This document shows positions 17,667-26,335 of a DNA stretch of 64,000 nt, piece after piece; position 1 is the first letter of the stretch; every line of letters starts with the position of its first letter. The notes beneath the pieces are model-generated. The model was not told where the DNA came from, did not search any database, and saw only the letters and a program-made list of their open reading frames with translations. This DNA is from Candidatus Pacearchaeota archaeon (GTDB taxonomy: Archaea; Nanobdellota; Nanobdellia; Pacearchaeales; GW2011-AR1). A program made the position numbers and the translations under genes. The stretch is from the NCBI GenBank assembly GCA_018304045.1, contig JAGVWZ010000016.1, positions 18,063-82,062 of the forward strand, read 5' to 3'.

Positions 17667-18659
17667 ATGAACAACAATGATGAAACAGGGGGAGTACTTC
17701 AGAGTATATTATACTTTTTTATACTAATTTTATTATTAGTTCTACTAAGTGTATCTATTTATGCAGGATATATTATATATAGGGATTTGCCAAGAGAACC
17801 AGAAAATTTAAATGTAGTATTAAATCCTGAGGCCAATGATTCTACAAATTATGATTCTGATGTTAATCAGTTTAATAAAAACATGAAGTTTAATCATAAT
17901 AATATTTCCTATAGATTTTTTGATTGCAACTATGAGCAAGAAATAAGAGTGTTAAATGCATTTGAAATTCTGTCCAATGAAACAGGATTAATAACCTTTG
18001 TTAAATCATTAGGATTTCCAGACATTGAAATTTTATGTTCTGAAACTAGCAAGCAGACACAAGAACTAGGATCAGAGTATTTTATAGCAGGAGAAGGAGG
18101 AGCAAAAGAAATAATTCAAACAATCAAGTATAATATTATAACCTCTGGTTCTATATTGCTCTATGATTCTCCAACAGGTTCTTTAAAATGTAATTCTCCT
18201 GAAATAGAATTACATGAATTACTTCATGTCTTTGGTTTTGACCATTCTTCAAATAAGAATAGTTTAATGAACCCCTATCTAAGTTCCTGTAAGCAAAAGA
18301 TTGATGTTTCAATAATCAATGAATTAAAAAGATTGTATGCAGAAACAAATCTTCCAGACTTGTATTTTGAAACTTTTTCCCAACCAATTAAAAAAGGAAG
18401 ATATTTGGATTTGAATTTTACAATAAAAAATTCAGGAACAGTAGATGCAGAAAATGCAAGTTTTTCAATCATTGAAGAAGGAAAAATTTTAGAGACCCAT
18501 AGCCTAGCAGATATAAATTTTGGGGCAGGAGTATTAATGAAAATGGAAAATATAAAATTAAGAAGTTCAGACCCAAAACAAATTTCAATAATAATTGATT
18601 ACAATCAGAATATACCAGAACTAGATAAAGAGAATAATATAGCGGAGATAACTTTCTAA
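17667..18659 (+). CDS. membrane-anchored metzincin-type zinc metalloprotease with C-terminal CARDB-like domain
   Basis: HELLHVFGFDHS (HExxHxxGxxH) plus a downstream Met-turn candidate (SLMNP); N-terminal TM helix; C-terminal region resembles CARDB adhesion domain. Confidence 0.65.
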   Translation: MNNNDETGGVLQSILYFFILILLLVLLSVSIYAGYIIYRDLPREPENLNVVLNPEANDSTNYDSDVNQFNKNMKFNHNNISYRFFDCNYEQEIRVLNAFEILSNETGLITFVKSLGFPDIEILCSETSKQTQELGSEYFIAGEGGAKEIIQTIKYNIITSGSILLYDSPTGSLKCNSPEIELHELLHVFGFDHSSNKNSLMNPYLSSCKQKIDVSIINELKRLYAETNLPDLYFETFSQPIKKGRYLDLNFTIKNSGTVDAENASFSIIEEGKILETHSLADINFGAGVLMKMENIKLRSSDPKQISIIIDYNQNIPELDKENNIAEITF

Positions 18660-18700
18660 AAAATATACAAATAGTTATTCATTAAATTTTAAATATGTTA

Positions 18701-18925
18701 ATGTCAGAAATTAAACCACATCTTTTAAGATGTGGATGTTTACTTGTTTTAATTTCTGAGCCATCAAAATATTTTAAATATTTTGTGGCGCCTAAAACTT
18801 CTGAAAGTTTTAGTGCGCATCCTAAAAACAAGTGCCTGTCACAAACCACACATGTCAGAAATCTTTTATGGATTTCTGAGCACTATTGAGAATTAAAAAT
18901 TCTCAAAGCTTTAGTGTGTTAAGTA
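18701..18925. ncRNA. copy B of the nrdJ-leader element family (orphan copy between convergent genes)
   Basis: atgtcagaaattaaaccacatcttttaagatgtgg...gttttaatttctga ... cctaaaaacaagtgcctgtcacaaaccacaca aligns with 2901..3016; outer stem shows compensatory changes (ggaattaaaac/gttttaattcc versus agaaattaaac/gttttaatttct); extra 9-bp perfect hairpin ctaaaacttctgaaagttttag. Confidence 0.4.
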
Positions 18926-18986
18926 AATTATAATTGGCTTAAAAGAAATTATACAAAATTACTATAAAAAATAAAAAATAAAAAAT

Positions 18987-19112
18987 CTAGTCAGGAGAAA
19001 TTTCTTCTTCCTCTTCATCATCTTCAGATTCATCATCTAAATCTTCATCAAATTCTTCATCGTCTAGATCTTCATCATCAGATTCTTCAATTTCTTCTTT
19101 TTCTTCTATCAT
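18987..19112 (-). CDS. 41-aa hyper-acidic mini-protein (MIEEKEEIEESDDEDLDDEEFDEDLDDESEDDEEEEEISPD)
   Basis: Clean ATG to stop ORF below the ORF-track cutoff; ~75% Asp/Glu. Confidence 0.3.
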   Translation of the reverse strand: MIEEKEEIEESDDEDLDDEEFDEDLDDESEDDEEEEEISPD

Positions 19113-19321
19113 CTTTTTGATTGTATAAATTTAATTAAAATAAGTTGTTTTTTTCTGTTTTTAAACCTTTTCAATAAAAGACTATTTTAATTTTTGATGA
19201 CAAAGCTTTATTAATAGGCTGTAATCACGAAATTTTAAATTTTTATAATTAATATTATATTTAGTTATTACTATTAAATTACACTAAATAGCAATCTTTA
19301 AAAAGCTATTTTCTATCATAT

Positions 19322-20287
19322 ATGATACATACAATGCAATCTAAACAAAGTAATCTTTTAGTAATTGTACTTACAATTTCAATACTATCAATCATAATTA
19401 TAACAGGCCCTGCAAAAGCCTTTGTTTTAAACCTAACATCTGACAAATCTAGTGTAACAATAGGGGATTCATTAGTATTTAATGCATCAATTAGCATAGT
19501 AGACGAAAGTTTGCCAATTGAAAAGATAATTCTAGAACTAGAGGGTCCTGAAAATATATCCTGTGAATTTCAACCAGATTCAACAATTTTAACAGGTTGT
19601 AAGGGAATTTCAATTAAAAAAATAACAGGAGATTCTTCTGAATATGGCTATAACTATGGATATAATGAAGGTTATAGCTATGATTTTGGCTATGGCTATG
19701 GTTATCTAGGGGATTTAACCTATGAAATAACTCTTTCAACTGCAGATTATCTAACAGGAGAATACAAAACAAAACTAGTAGTCCCAATGGATAATAAGAA
19801 TTTTACAAAAGATGGGCCAACTTTAAACATAAACGCAGTTGTTGTTTCCACAACACCGAATAGACATAATTCTACAACAAGAACTGTTATATGTACATCA
19901 GCTAATTGGCAATGCACTGATTGGAGTCAATGTATAAACGGCTATGAAACAAGAATATGTACTAATTCTAATGATAATTGTTTACTATATCTAATACCTA
20001 ATCAAACAAGAACCTGTTTAATTGAAAACAACAATACAAACTCAAATAATCTGGGAAATTTGAACGAGAATATAACAAACTCTACAACAGAAAATCTTTT
20101 TCAAACCAATAGACTTTCAGGAATAACAGGAGCTGTTATTGGAAGCCTAGGAAGCACTCCTGGAAAAATAATCATATTCCTAATAATCACAATCTTAATA
20201 CTTTTATCAATAGTATTTGGAGCAATATCTTTCCTAAGGTATAAAAGATTTAAAACAACAAATACTCTAAAATTAGAAACTCAATAA
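19322..20287 (+). CDS. secreted or surface protein with Gly/Tyr repeats, Cys-rich module and C-terminal TM anchor
   Basis: N-terminal signal-like segment, GYNYGYNEGYSYDFGYGYGY repeat, CxxxxWQCTDWSQC...C module, C-terminal hydrophobic helix followed by RYKRFK. Confidence 0.5.
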   Translation: MIHTMQSKQSNLLVIVLTISILSIIIITGPAKAFVLNLTSDKSSVTIGDSLVFNASISIVDESLPIEKIILELEGPENISCEFQPDSTILTGCKGISIKKITGDSSEYGYNYGYNEGYSYDFGYGYGYLGDLTYEITLSTADYLTGEYKTKLVVPMDNKNFTKDGPTLNINAVVVSTTPNRHNSTTRTVICTSANWQCTDWSQCINGYETRICTNSNDNCLLYLIPNQTRTCLIENNNTNSNNLGNLNENITNSTTENLFQTNRLSGITGAVIGSLGSTPGKIIIFLIITILILLSIVFGAISFLRYKRFKTTNTLKLETQ

Positions 20288-20304
20288 TTCTTAATCAAAC
20301 CGAA

Positions 20305-20898
20305 TCAAGCTAAAGAATATACTCCATCTCTTGCTTTATATACAACAGCCCCTCTAAGGTATCCCTGTTCATGGTTCATTGGAAGTGCTAAATTCATTAT
20401 ATGAACTAATTCTTCTGCAGCATCCTCATTTGTATGTCCTGGAAATCTAGCTCTTAAGGAGTATTTTAAGCCAGATAAAGCCCTTGCCTCAGGTTCAATA
20501 CTTCCTCTATTTTCATGCTCAACATTGATTCTATAGTCATCAGGATAGGCTAATAATTCTCTTAATTTAGGATCAAGTTGTAATTCAGCACTTCCTTCAG
20601 ATAACACAAGTTCAAGTCCCTCAGGAGTTTGAGCATCTCTTTTAATATATGGTAAACTTTTCTCAATTCCCCCTTTACTTACAGCACAATCAAAAAAAGC
20701 ATAGGCTTCTCCAACATCAGTTTCACCAGCATTTCCGCACTTTCGTCTAAGAAAATCAGTTCTACTAGGCACAACTTTTCTTTCTTGCCTGTCGATAAAT
20801 GACATGTCTCTAGGGTATACTTCTTTATTTGCCATAGGATATAATAGCTTCACAACTATATAAACCTTATCATTAGTGTAACTTAAAAGTAATAACAA
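20305..20898 (-). CDS. hypothetical protein (compositionally GC-richer than its surroundings)
   Basis: No recognised motif; likely start at MANKEVYPRD; elevated GC suggests horizontal acquisition. Confidence 0.35.
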   Translation of the reverse strand: MLLLLSYTNDKVYIVVKLLYPMANKEVYPRDMSFIDRQERKVVPSRTDFLRRKCGNAGETDVGEAYAFFDCAVSKGGIEKSLPYIKRDAQTPEGLELVLSEGSAELQLDPKLRELLAYPDDYRINVEHENRGSIEPEARALSGLKYSLRARFPGHTNEDAAEELVHIMNLALPMNHEQGYLRGAVVYKARDGVYSLA

Positions 20899-20907
20899 TA
20901 TAATTGA

Positions 20908-21018
20908 TTATTTTTTTGTTCCTTTTTCTTTGCATTTATTACAAAATCTTTGATGAACCCTTTTAGGAATAAACTCCTTTTTGCATAAGTCACATACCCT
21001 TGATTCTCGTTTTTCCAT
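20908..21018 (-). CDS. 36-aa zinc-ribbon mini-protein (MEKRESRVCDLCKKEFIPKRVHQRFCNKCKEKGTKK)
   Basis: CxxC...CxxC; paralog of the 52-aa protein at 38445..38603 (MEKQIKCKDCGKDF...YCDKCSKK). Confidence 0.35.
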   Translation of the reverse strand: MEKRESRVCDLCKKEFIPKRVHQRFCNKCKEKGTKK

Positions 21019-21075
21019 AGTTAATTAAGGATTTTGAACATTATAAACTAATCACTTTGCTCTAGAAGGGATAAA

Positions 21076-21090
21076 TCCCAGGGAGAGAGC
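21076..21090. repeat. att-like copy of the tRNA-Tyr 3' end (tcccagggagagagc)
   Basis: Matches tRNA-Tyr 3' terminal sequence tccccagggagagag (22260..22274); distal boundary of the array. Confidence 0.55.
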
Positions 21091-21172
21091 GATATTACTC
21101 CCTACTTTTCAGAATTAGATATATAGGCACTGTATTAATAAAATTTATAAGTATTTTAATTCTTAATAATCT

Positions 21173-21487
21173 ATGTATAGAGTTTTTCGTTCTGGAAAAT
21201 ATGAAAAGAGGCTAAATAAATTAGATAAATCCGAATCAGATAGAGTTGTTGATTTTGAACAATCCTTAAAAATTGAGCCTTATAATGGAAAACCTTTAGG
21301 ATATGAATTTTTTAGGGAGAAAAAATTCAATGGAAATAGAATTATATTCTTAATTTATGAACAACATAAATGTGTTTTCCTTGTAGTTATAACTAATAAG
21401 AAAATACAACAACAAGAAATTAATCTGATAAAAGCAAATCTTGATGTTTACAAAGAGGAAATAGAAAAAAGAATAAAAGAACTTTAA
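21173..21487 (+). CDS. RelE/ParE-superfamily toxin-like protein (cassette gene)
   Basis: 104 aa; GKPLGYEFFREKKFNGNRIIFLIYEQHKCVFLVVI resembles the RelE/StbE core. Confidence 0.45.
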   Translation: MYRVFRSGKYEKRLNKLDKSESDRVVDFEQSLKIEPYNGKPLGYEFFREKKFNGNRIIFLIYEQHKCVFLVVITNKKIQQQEINLIKANLDVYKEEIEKRIKEL

Positions 21488-21702
21488 ATTTCTTTTATAT
21501 TTCCCTGAATTATATCTTTTATACCTTCCGCTATCTCTTTAATAAGTTCTCCATCTACTTCTTTACATTTTATTAATTCTTCATATTCTTCTCTTGAAAT
21601 AGTTATTGTCTCTTCCATGATAATTTTAGTATTTTTAGGTTTAAATAATTGTTGGTTATAGCTAAATAATATCCCCTGGGAGAGAGCAAAACAAAAGTTC
21701 AT
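21484..21702 (-). CDS. small hypothetical protein (probable start at MEETITISREEYEEL, ~44 aa)
   Basis: Convergent with and 4 bp overlapping the toxin-like gene; helical acidic peptide. Confidence 0.25.
   Translation of the reverse strand: MNFCFALSQGILFSYNQQLFKPKNTKIIMEETITISREEYEELIKCKEVDGELIKEIAEGIKDIIQGNIKEI
21672..21687. repeat. att-like copy of the tRNA-Tyr 3' end (tcccctgggagagagc)
   Basis: Second copy separating two cassettes. Confidence 0.55.
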
Positions 21703-21713
21703 TCCCTCTGATT

Positions 21714-22196
21714 TTAATCGGATTTATAAAAATCATAAACCTGTTCATCAGCCCATACTCTTTCAGAGTCAGGAACTTCTGTATCCACAGCCCATTTTCT
21801 TTTGTTTTTGGGTGTTGCATTAAGAACATTATTCATAAATTCTAATTTTCTTTCTTTAACTGTTTTTTTATCAGTATCTTCTAATCTCCATCCATTTAAT
21901 ACAAATTCTACAAACCTCATGTGGTCTGGATGTCTCATATAGGCTAACATTTCATCTTCTGAGTCAAATGTGATGTTCATTCCAACATCAAATCTATATA
22001 CTTGAACTGCCCTTCCAGAATCATATCTTGGAGCAACTAAAAAATCTCTAACTCCAGGTATTTGAGCTAGATATCTATTTGCATTATCAATAATTTGCTG
22101 TACAGCTTGAGGATTATTAGGATTAGTTTGATATAAGACTATGTGGCTAAATCCATTACCTAATATTTTTTCTAAATCTACATTCTCAGTTACCAT
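21714..22196 (-). CDS. hypothetical protein, possible Dabb/stress-responsive alpha-beta barrel domain (cassette gene)
   Basis: N-terminal FSHIVLYQT...resembles Dabb starts; otherwise unassigned. Confidence 0.3.
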   Translation of the reverse strand: MVTENVDLEKILGNGFSHIVLYQTNPNNPQAVQQIIDNANRYLAQIPGVRDFLVAPRYDSGRAVQVYRFDVGMNITFDSEDEMLAYMRHPDHMRFVEFVLNGWRLEDTDKKTVKERKLEFMNNVLNATPKNKRKWAVDTEVPDSERVWADEQVYDFYKSD

Positions 22197-22259
22197 AAAT
22201 TTATCAGAATTCTCTAATTTAAAAATCTTTCCATTTTGTAATAACTATATAGTAACAAA

Positions 22260-22331
22260 AATATAAACATCCCCAGGGAGAGAGTCGAACTCCCGTCATC
22301 CGGTCTACAGCCGAAGGTAATAACCGTTATA
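22260..22331 (-). tRNA. tRNA-Tyr (anticodon GTA), archaeal-type C1:G72
   Basis: Manual fold: acceptor CCCCAGG/CCTGGGG; anticodon stem TTCGG/CCGGA with loop CTGTAGA; T-arm GGGAG-TTCGACT-CTCTC; discriminator A. Confidence 0.7.
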
Positions 22332-22476
22332 CGACCTGGGGATCTGATTTTGCCATATATTCCTCCATTCCTCTGAAATCAGGTCCACAGGGAATTGGGA
22401 TAAACATACTAAAAAGTTACTATATTTAAAGATTTGTTTTGAATAAGTTTAAATAATATATATTTTACTGCAGTTT

Positions 22477-22794
22477 ATGGCAAGTACTCATATAAAATCA
22501 GGAAGTCTTGAATGGGAAGTATTAAAACAGGGAATATGTAGAAAGATTCTTTTTAGAGAAGATTCAAGAAATCTTGAAATAGATTTGATAAGATTAGAAC
22601 CTAGTGCACAATCTCCAATTCATACACACAAAGGGGATGAATGGGTCTATGTTTTAGAAGGTTCAATGAGTGATCAAACAGGAACTTATAATCAAGGAGA
22701 TTTTTTAATAAACCAAAAAGGGACAGAACATCAGGTTACTGCCGGAAGAGATGGATGCTTAATCCTTGCATTATATTCTGAAAAACCATATTAA
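22477..22794 (+). CDS. cupin-domain protein
   Basis: PIHTHKGDEWVYVLEGS...GTEHQV two-motif cupin signature. Confidence 0.55.
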   Translation: MASTHIKSGSLEWEVLKQGICRKILFREDSRNLEIDLIRLEPSAQSPIHTHKGDEWVYVLEGSMSDQTGTYNQGDFLINQKGTEHQVTAGRDGCLILALYSEKPY

Positions 22795-22797
22795 TAT

Positions 22798-23004
22798 TTA
22801 TTCTTTACCAACAACAATCTTCTTGATTATATCAACTTTTTTAATAGCATCAAAATTAACAAAACCCTTTTCTCTATAACCATTGACATTTTCTTCATCT
22901 AATTCAATAACCCTAATAATCCTTGAGGAATAATCAATAACACCTACAAAAAATTCAACACTATTATCTAGATAATAGATTTTAACATAATAAATATCAT
23001 CCAT
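22798..23004 (-). CDS. hypothetical protein
   Basis: ORF only. Confidence 0.25.
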   Translation of the reverse strand: MDDIYYVKIYYLDNSVEFFVGVIDYSSRIIRVIELDEENVNGYREKGFVNFDAIKKVDIIKKIVVGKE

Positions 23005-23005
23005 T

Positions 23006-24391
23006 TTACATTAGATTATGTTTAAGTCTGTTAATAAAAAAAGATTTGTTTGATAAACTAGTTTTTACTTCCCCATTTTTTTTATATACTGCTTTTGCAG
23101 AAGGAAGTTCAAATCTACCTACAATTCCAATCTTAGAGTATATTATATAAGAAAAAACCCTTTCTTCTCCTGGATTTAAAACTTCTAGATTCCATTCAAT
23201 TCTTTTATTGACCAAGTCTATATTATCAGGAGATATTGCGCCAAATTTATCATATAAAGTCACTAAAGGAGGTAGTCTATCAACTAAGTTTATTTTTTCA
23301 ACAAATTTCTTTGCTTTAACTTTTAAATGTACTCTTAATGCAAATTCTCCCCCCCTTGTCCTAACATAATAAACTTTCTTTTTCAAGATTAAATCAGTTC
23401 CCAAATATTTTTTAACAAGAAATATTAGAACAATAATCAATATTAATGCAATAATAGGATAAAACCAATTAGTCCTAATAATAATTTTTAATTCTTGACC
23501 AGGAGTTAATTCTTTCTCCCAAAGATAATATTTATTTACACCATAAATTTGACTTCTAGTTGGAGAAACACTTAAAGATGTAAATAAAGAAGATATTAAG
23601 TTTTTTTGAGCTTCAACACTCACAATTTTTTTAGTATTCCCAATATTTTTTCTCACTATTTCAGTTCTCCTTATAAAAAATCCTTCTGTCAGGCTACTTT
23701 GTTCAATATTGTCCTCTTCTAAAAATTTTAAAACAATTTCTTTTTGACCCATTTTATTATTTAATTTTATTTGGGTATTTACTATATACTGACCAGCATT
23801 TAAGTTTCTCAATTTATCTATATTCAAAGGAATTTCAATTATTTTTTCTTCATTAGGCTTAATTGAAAGTTCTGTTTCATAATCAAAAAAAGGAGAATTC
23901 ATTTTTATTTGAACATTATTAAAATCCTTATTAAGAAGGTTCTTAATGGTTATTCCAACTTTATCTGATTTAGTTGTTATATCTCCAGATTGAATAAAAA
24001 AAGAATCAATTAAACTTATTATATTAATCCCTAACTTATCTACAACAATTTCTCCAGCAGAATTTTGAATTATATACTCAAATATCAAAACCCCTTTATT
24101 TTGTATTAAAGAATTATATGGAGTTGCATTTATTCTCAGGGTTTTAGATTGACCTTTTTCTATAAAAAAGACATCAGCAGGCATTATGTCAATTCCAGCT
24201 GCAGAATATATTCTAAAACTATCTGAACTATCTTTATTTTTAATAGTTACATCAAAAAAAACAGGGTCATTGAATTCAGTTATAAAGCTATTTTGTATGG
24301 TTTTTGAACTAACCTCTAAATCAATTGCACTCAAAAGATTTATTGAAATTAATAAACTCAACACAGCTAACCAGATAACTCTTTTTTCCAT
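23006..24391 (-). CDS. secreted or membrane protein (signal peptide, large ectodomain, one TM helix near residue 300)
   Basis: N-terminal hydrophobic leader, C-proximal WFYPIIALILIIVLIFLV helix. Confidence 0.4.
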   Translation of the reverse strand: MEKRVIWLAVLSLLISINLLSAIDLEVSSKTIQNSFITEFNDPVFFDVTIKNKDSSDSFRIYSAAGIDIMPADVFFIEKGQSKTLRINATPYNSLIQNKGVLIFEYIIQNSAGEIVVDKLGINIISLIDSFFIQSGDITTKSDKVGITIKNLLNKDFNNVQIKMNSPFFDYETELSIKPNEEKIIEIPLNIDKLRNLNAGQYIVNTQIKLNNKMGQKEIVLKFLEEDNIEQSSLTEGFFIRRTEIVRKNIGNTKKIVSVEAQKNLISSLFTSLSVSPTRSQIYGVNKYYLWEKELTPGQELKIIIRTNWFYPIIALILIIVLIFLVKKYLGTDLILKKKVYYVRTRGGEFALRVHLKVKAKKFVEKINLVDRLPPLVTLYDKFGAISPDNIDLVNKRIEWNLEVLNPGEERVFSYIIYSKIGIVGRFELPSAKAVYKKNGEVKTSLSNKSFFINRLKHNLM

Positions 24392-24460
24392 TTTAAAATC
24401 AATAATTTATGTGTTAATTATATAATAACTGGCATATATAAAGATTTTTATGAATCAACA

Positions 24461-24961
24461 CTAATGTCGCGCTTCTATTGCTAAGAAGGATTTACACTGA
24501 CTAACCATATCTTCTACTTCTTCAATCAGCTTAATTTGGTATTCATCAATTCTACTTTTAATCACATATCTGTCATAAATACCCCTCATAAACTTCCAAA
24601 AAGGCTGATTTTCCCATCTATCTTCATAATCTTTAAGAAGAACTCCCTTAAATTTGACTTCTAATGAACCAGAATCCATCTTAATTTTTTTATCTTCTTT
24701 TTGAACATCCACTGATTTCATACCAAGTATTTGCCATTCTACTTTTATCTGGAATTTAAAATAATCAGAAACCTCTTTAGCAGCTTCCCAGGTTATTTCA
24801 ATCTGTTTTGAGTCTCCAGAAATTTTTTCAGAATAGGACTTTTCTACTATATCATATCCTTCTTCTTTTAACCAGCTATATAAAAAAGCATAAAGGTCTT
24901 TAAAACTAAAGATTCCAGATTGTTTGACTTTTCCTTGATAAACTTTGTCTTTTTCACTCAT
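24461..24961 (-). CDS. hypothetical protein
   Basis: ORF only. Confidence 0.3.
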   Translation of the reverse strand: MSEKDKVYQGKVKQSGIFSFKDLYAFLYSWLKEEGYDIVEKSYSEKISGDSKQIEITWEAAKEVSDYFKFQIKVEWQILGMKSVDVQKEDKKIKMDSGSLEVKFKGVLLKDYEDRWENQPFWKFMRGIYDRYVIKSRIDEYQIKLIEEVEDMVSQCKSFLAIEARH

Positions 24962-25042
24962 TCTGCTTATAATAAACCTCTTTTACGTAATTCCTAATTA
25001 ATTGTTCTTTAAAAAATCTTCGTTTTTGGAATATTCTAAAAA

Positions 25043-25192
25043 TGCTCTGTCCGGAATTAAATCTCCTAACTTCGAATATTCTAAAAAATCACTTATTTTT
25101 CTTTATCCCCCTCATTAATTAGGGGGGAGTAAATAAAAATAAGACAATAATAGATTAACTTTTATTAAAAATAAAGGACTCCGGACAGAGCA
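25043..25192. mobile_element. MITE-like element, copy 2
   Basis: TIR tgctctgtccgga ... tccggacagagca (perfect 13 bp); internal hairpin tccccctcattaattaggggggag corresponds to cgccctcaattattaggggcg in copy 1 (compensatory G:C to C:G swaps); conserved core ttttctttNNcNccctcaattattaggggNgNgtaaataaaaataag. Confidence 0.55.
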
Positions 25193-25235
25193 TTTAAAAA
25201 GTAAGATTTAAATATGGTTTTCAATTAATTAAACA

Positions 25236-25571
25236 ATGACAAAAGAAGGTGTGAGAATAAAAATATTAAGAAGAGATTTTATTTGGGACAGCGTAAGAAT
25301 AAGTTTTTATTTAATGATTGGATTTTGGATAATATTTACAATGTTAGACACAATGATTTTAAAAAAAAATCCAGGACTTTTAATAATTTTATTATCGTTC
25401 CTATGGGTGATTATAACGATTTTTAATTTTGTAACTTCAATAATTCATCTTACAAAATATAGGCAAAGAACATTTGCCATAGTTTCTCTAGTCTTTTCAT
25501 CAATATTCCTATTATTATTTCTCATAGGAATAGGAATTGGAATAGCTCGTCAGATAATTATCCTAGAATAA
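25236..25571 (+). CDS. small membrane protein
   Basis: Three hydrophobic helices. Confidence 0.35.
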   Translation: MTKEGVRIKILRRDFIWDSVRISFYLMIGFWIIFTMLDTMILKKNPGLLIILLSFLWVIITIFNFVTSIIHLTKYRQRTFAIVSLVFSSIFLLLFLIGIGIGIARQIIILE

Positions 25572-26135
25572 TTAAATTTCATCCATGCAGCTTTCACACA
25601 TTAATTTTCCATTTTCTAAATATAATATATCATAATTGCCACATTCTTCACAAATTCCTTCTTTTATAGCCTCTCCAGGCCTTTCTGCATTTTTTTTATC
25701 CAAGGGCCAGTTTAGATTATACCCCTCTCTTGCAATTTCAAATAATTCAGGTTGTATTTTTAAAATTTCTTTTAAAGTCAAAAATCCAATAACTTTTTTA
25801 TTTACAGCAACAGGAAGTCTTCTAAACTTTTTCTTTTTCATAAGAACAATTGCATCATAAATATCAGCAGAAGGTTTTATTGTTGTTATTTTCCTAGTAC
25901 AAATATCCCCTGCAATTACATTTGAAAGATCTTTTTTCTTTGAAAGTGCCCACATAATGTCTTTTTCAGTCAATATCCCCTTTAAAAAACCATTTTCTTC
26001 AAGAATCAGACTGCCAACTCTTTTCTTAACCATTAATCTAACAGCAGAAAGTACAGGAATATCAGGTCTTGCAGAAACAAAACTCCGAGTCATAATATCT
26101 CCAACCATAATACCTATTTTCATATGAAGGCACAC
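25572..26135 (-). CDS. CBS-pair domain protein with C-terminal zinc ribbon
   Basis: Two CBS-like repeats (IMTRSFVSARPD...; ICTRKITTIKPS...) and C-terminal CEECGN...CESC. Confidence 0.65.
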   Translation of the reverse strand: MCLHMKIGIMVGDIMTRSFVSARPDIPVLSAVRLMVKKRVGSLILEENGFLKGILTEKDIMWALSKKKDLSNVIAGDICTRKITTIKPSADIYDAIVLMKKKKFRRLPVAVNKKVIGFLTLKEILKIQPELFEIAREGYNLNWPLDKKNAERPGEAIKEGICEECGNYDILYLENGKLMCESCMDEI

Positions 26136-26335
26136 CTCCCGTGCCGAAGAGCCTGAAAATTCCCAATTTTCTGGATACGAAGTTTCGCGAGAAACGAGGT
26201 TTTCATAAAAAAATTAAGAATAGGAATTATATAATAAATATCAACATATAATATATACATTCTAGTATATATTTCATTCTTTATTAAAATATAAATACCT
26301 TAATTATAATTTAGAAATAATAAAAGGGAGATAAA

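Noticed and set aside
21484-21702. Small minus-strand ORF as the cognate antitoxin of the 21173..21487 toxin
   Set aside because: Convergent orientation with a 4-bp tail overlap is atypical for type II toxin-antitoxin operons; no antitoxin motif.
26136-26335. GC-rich hairpins (ggcacacctcccgtgcc; gtttcgcgagaaac) in the divergent CBS/thermosome promoter region as a heat-shock operator
   Set aside because: Plausible but no recognisable archaeal heat-shock regulator consensus; too speculative to call.
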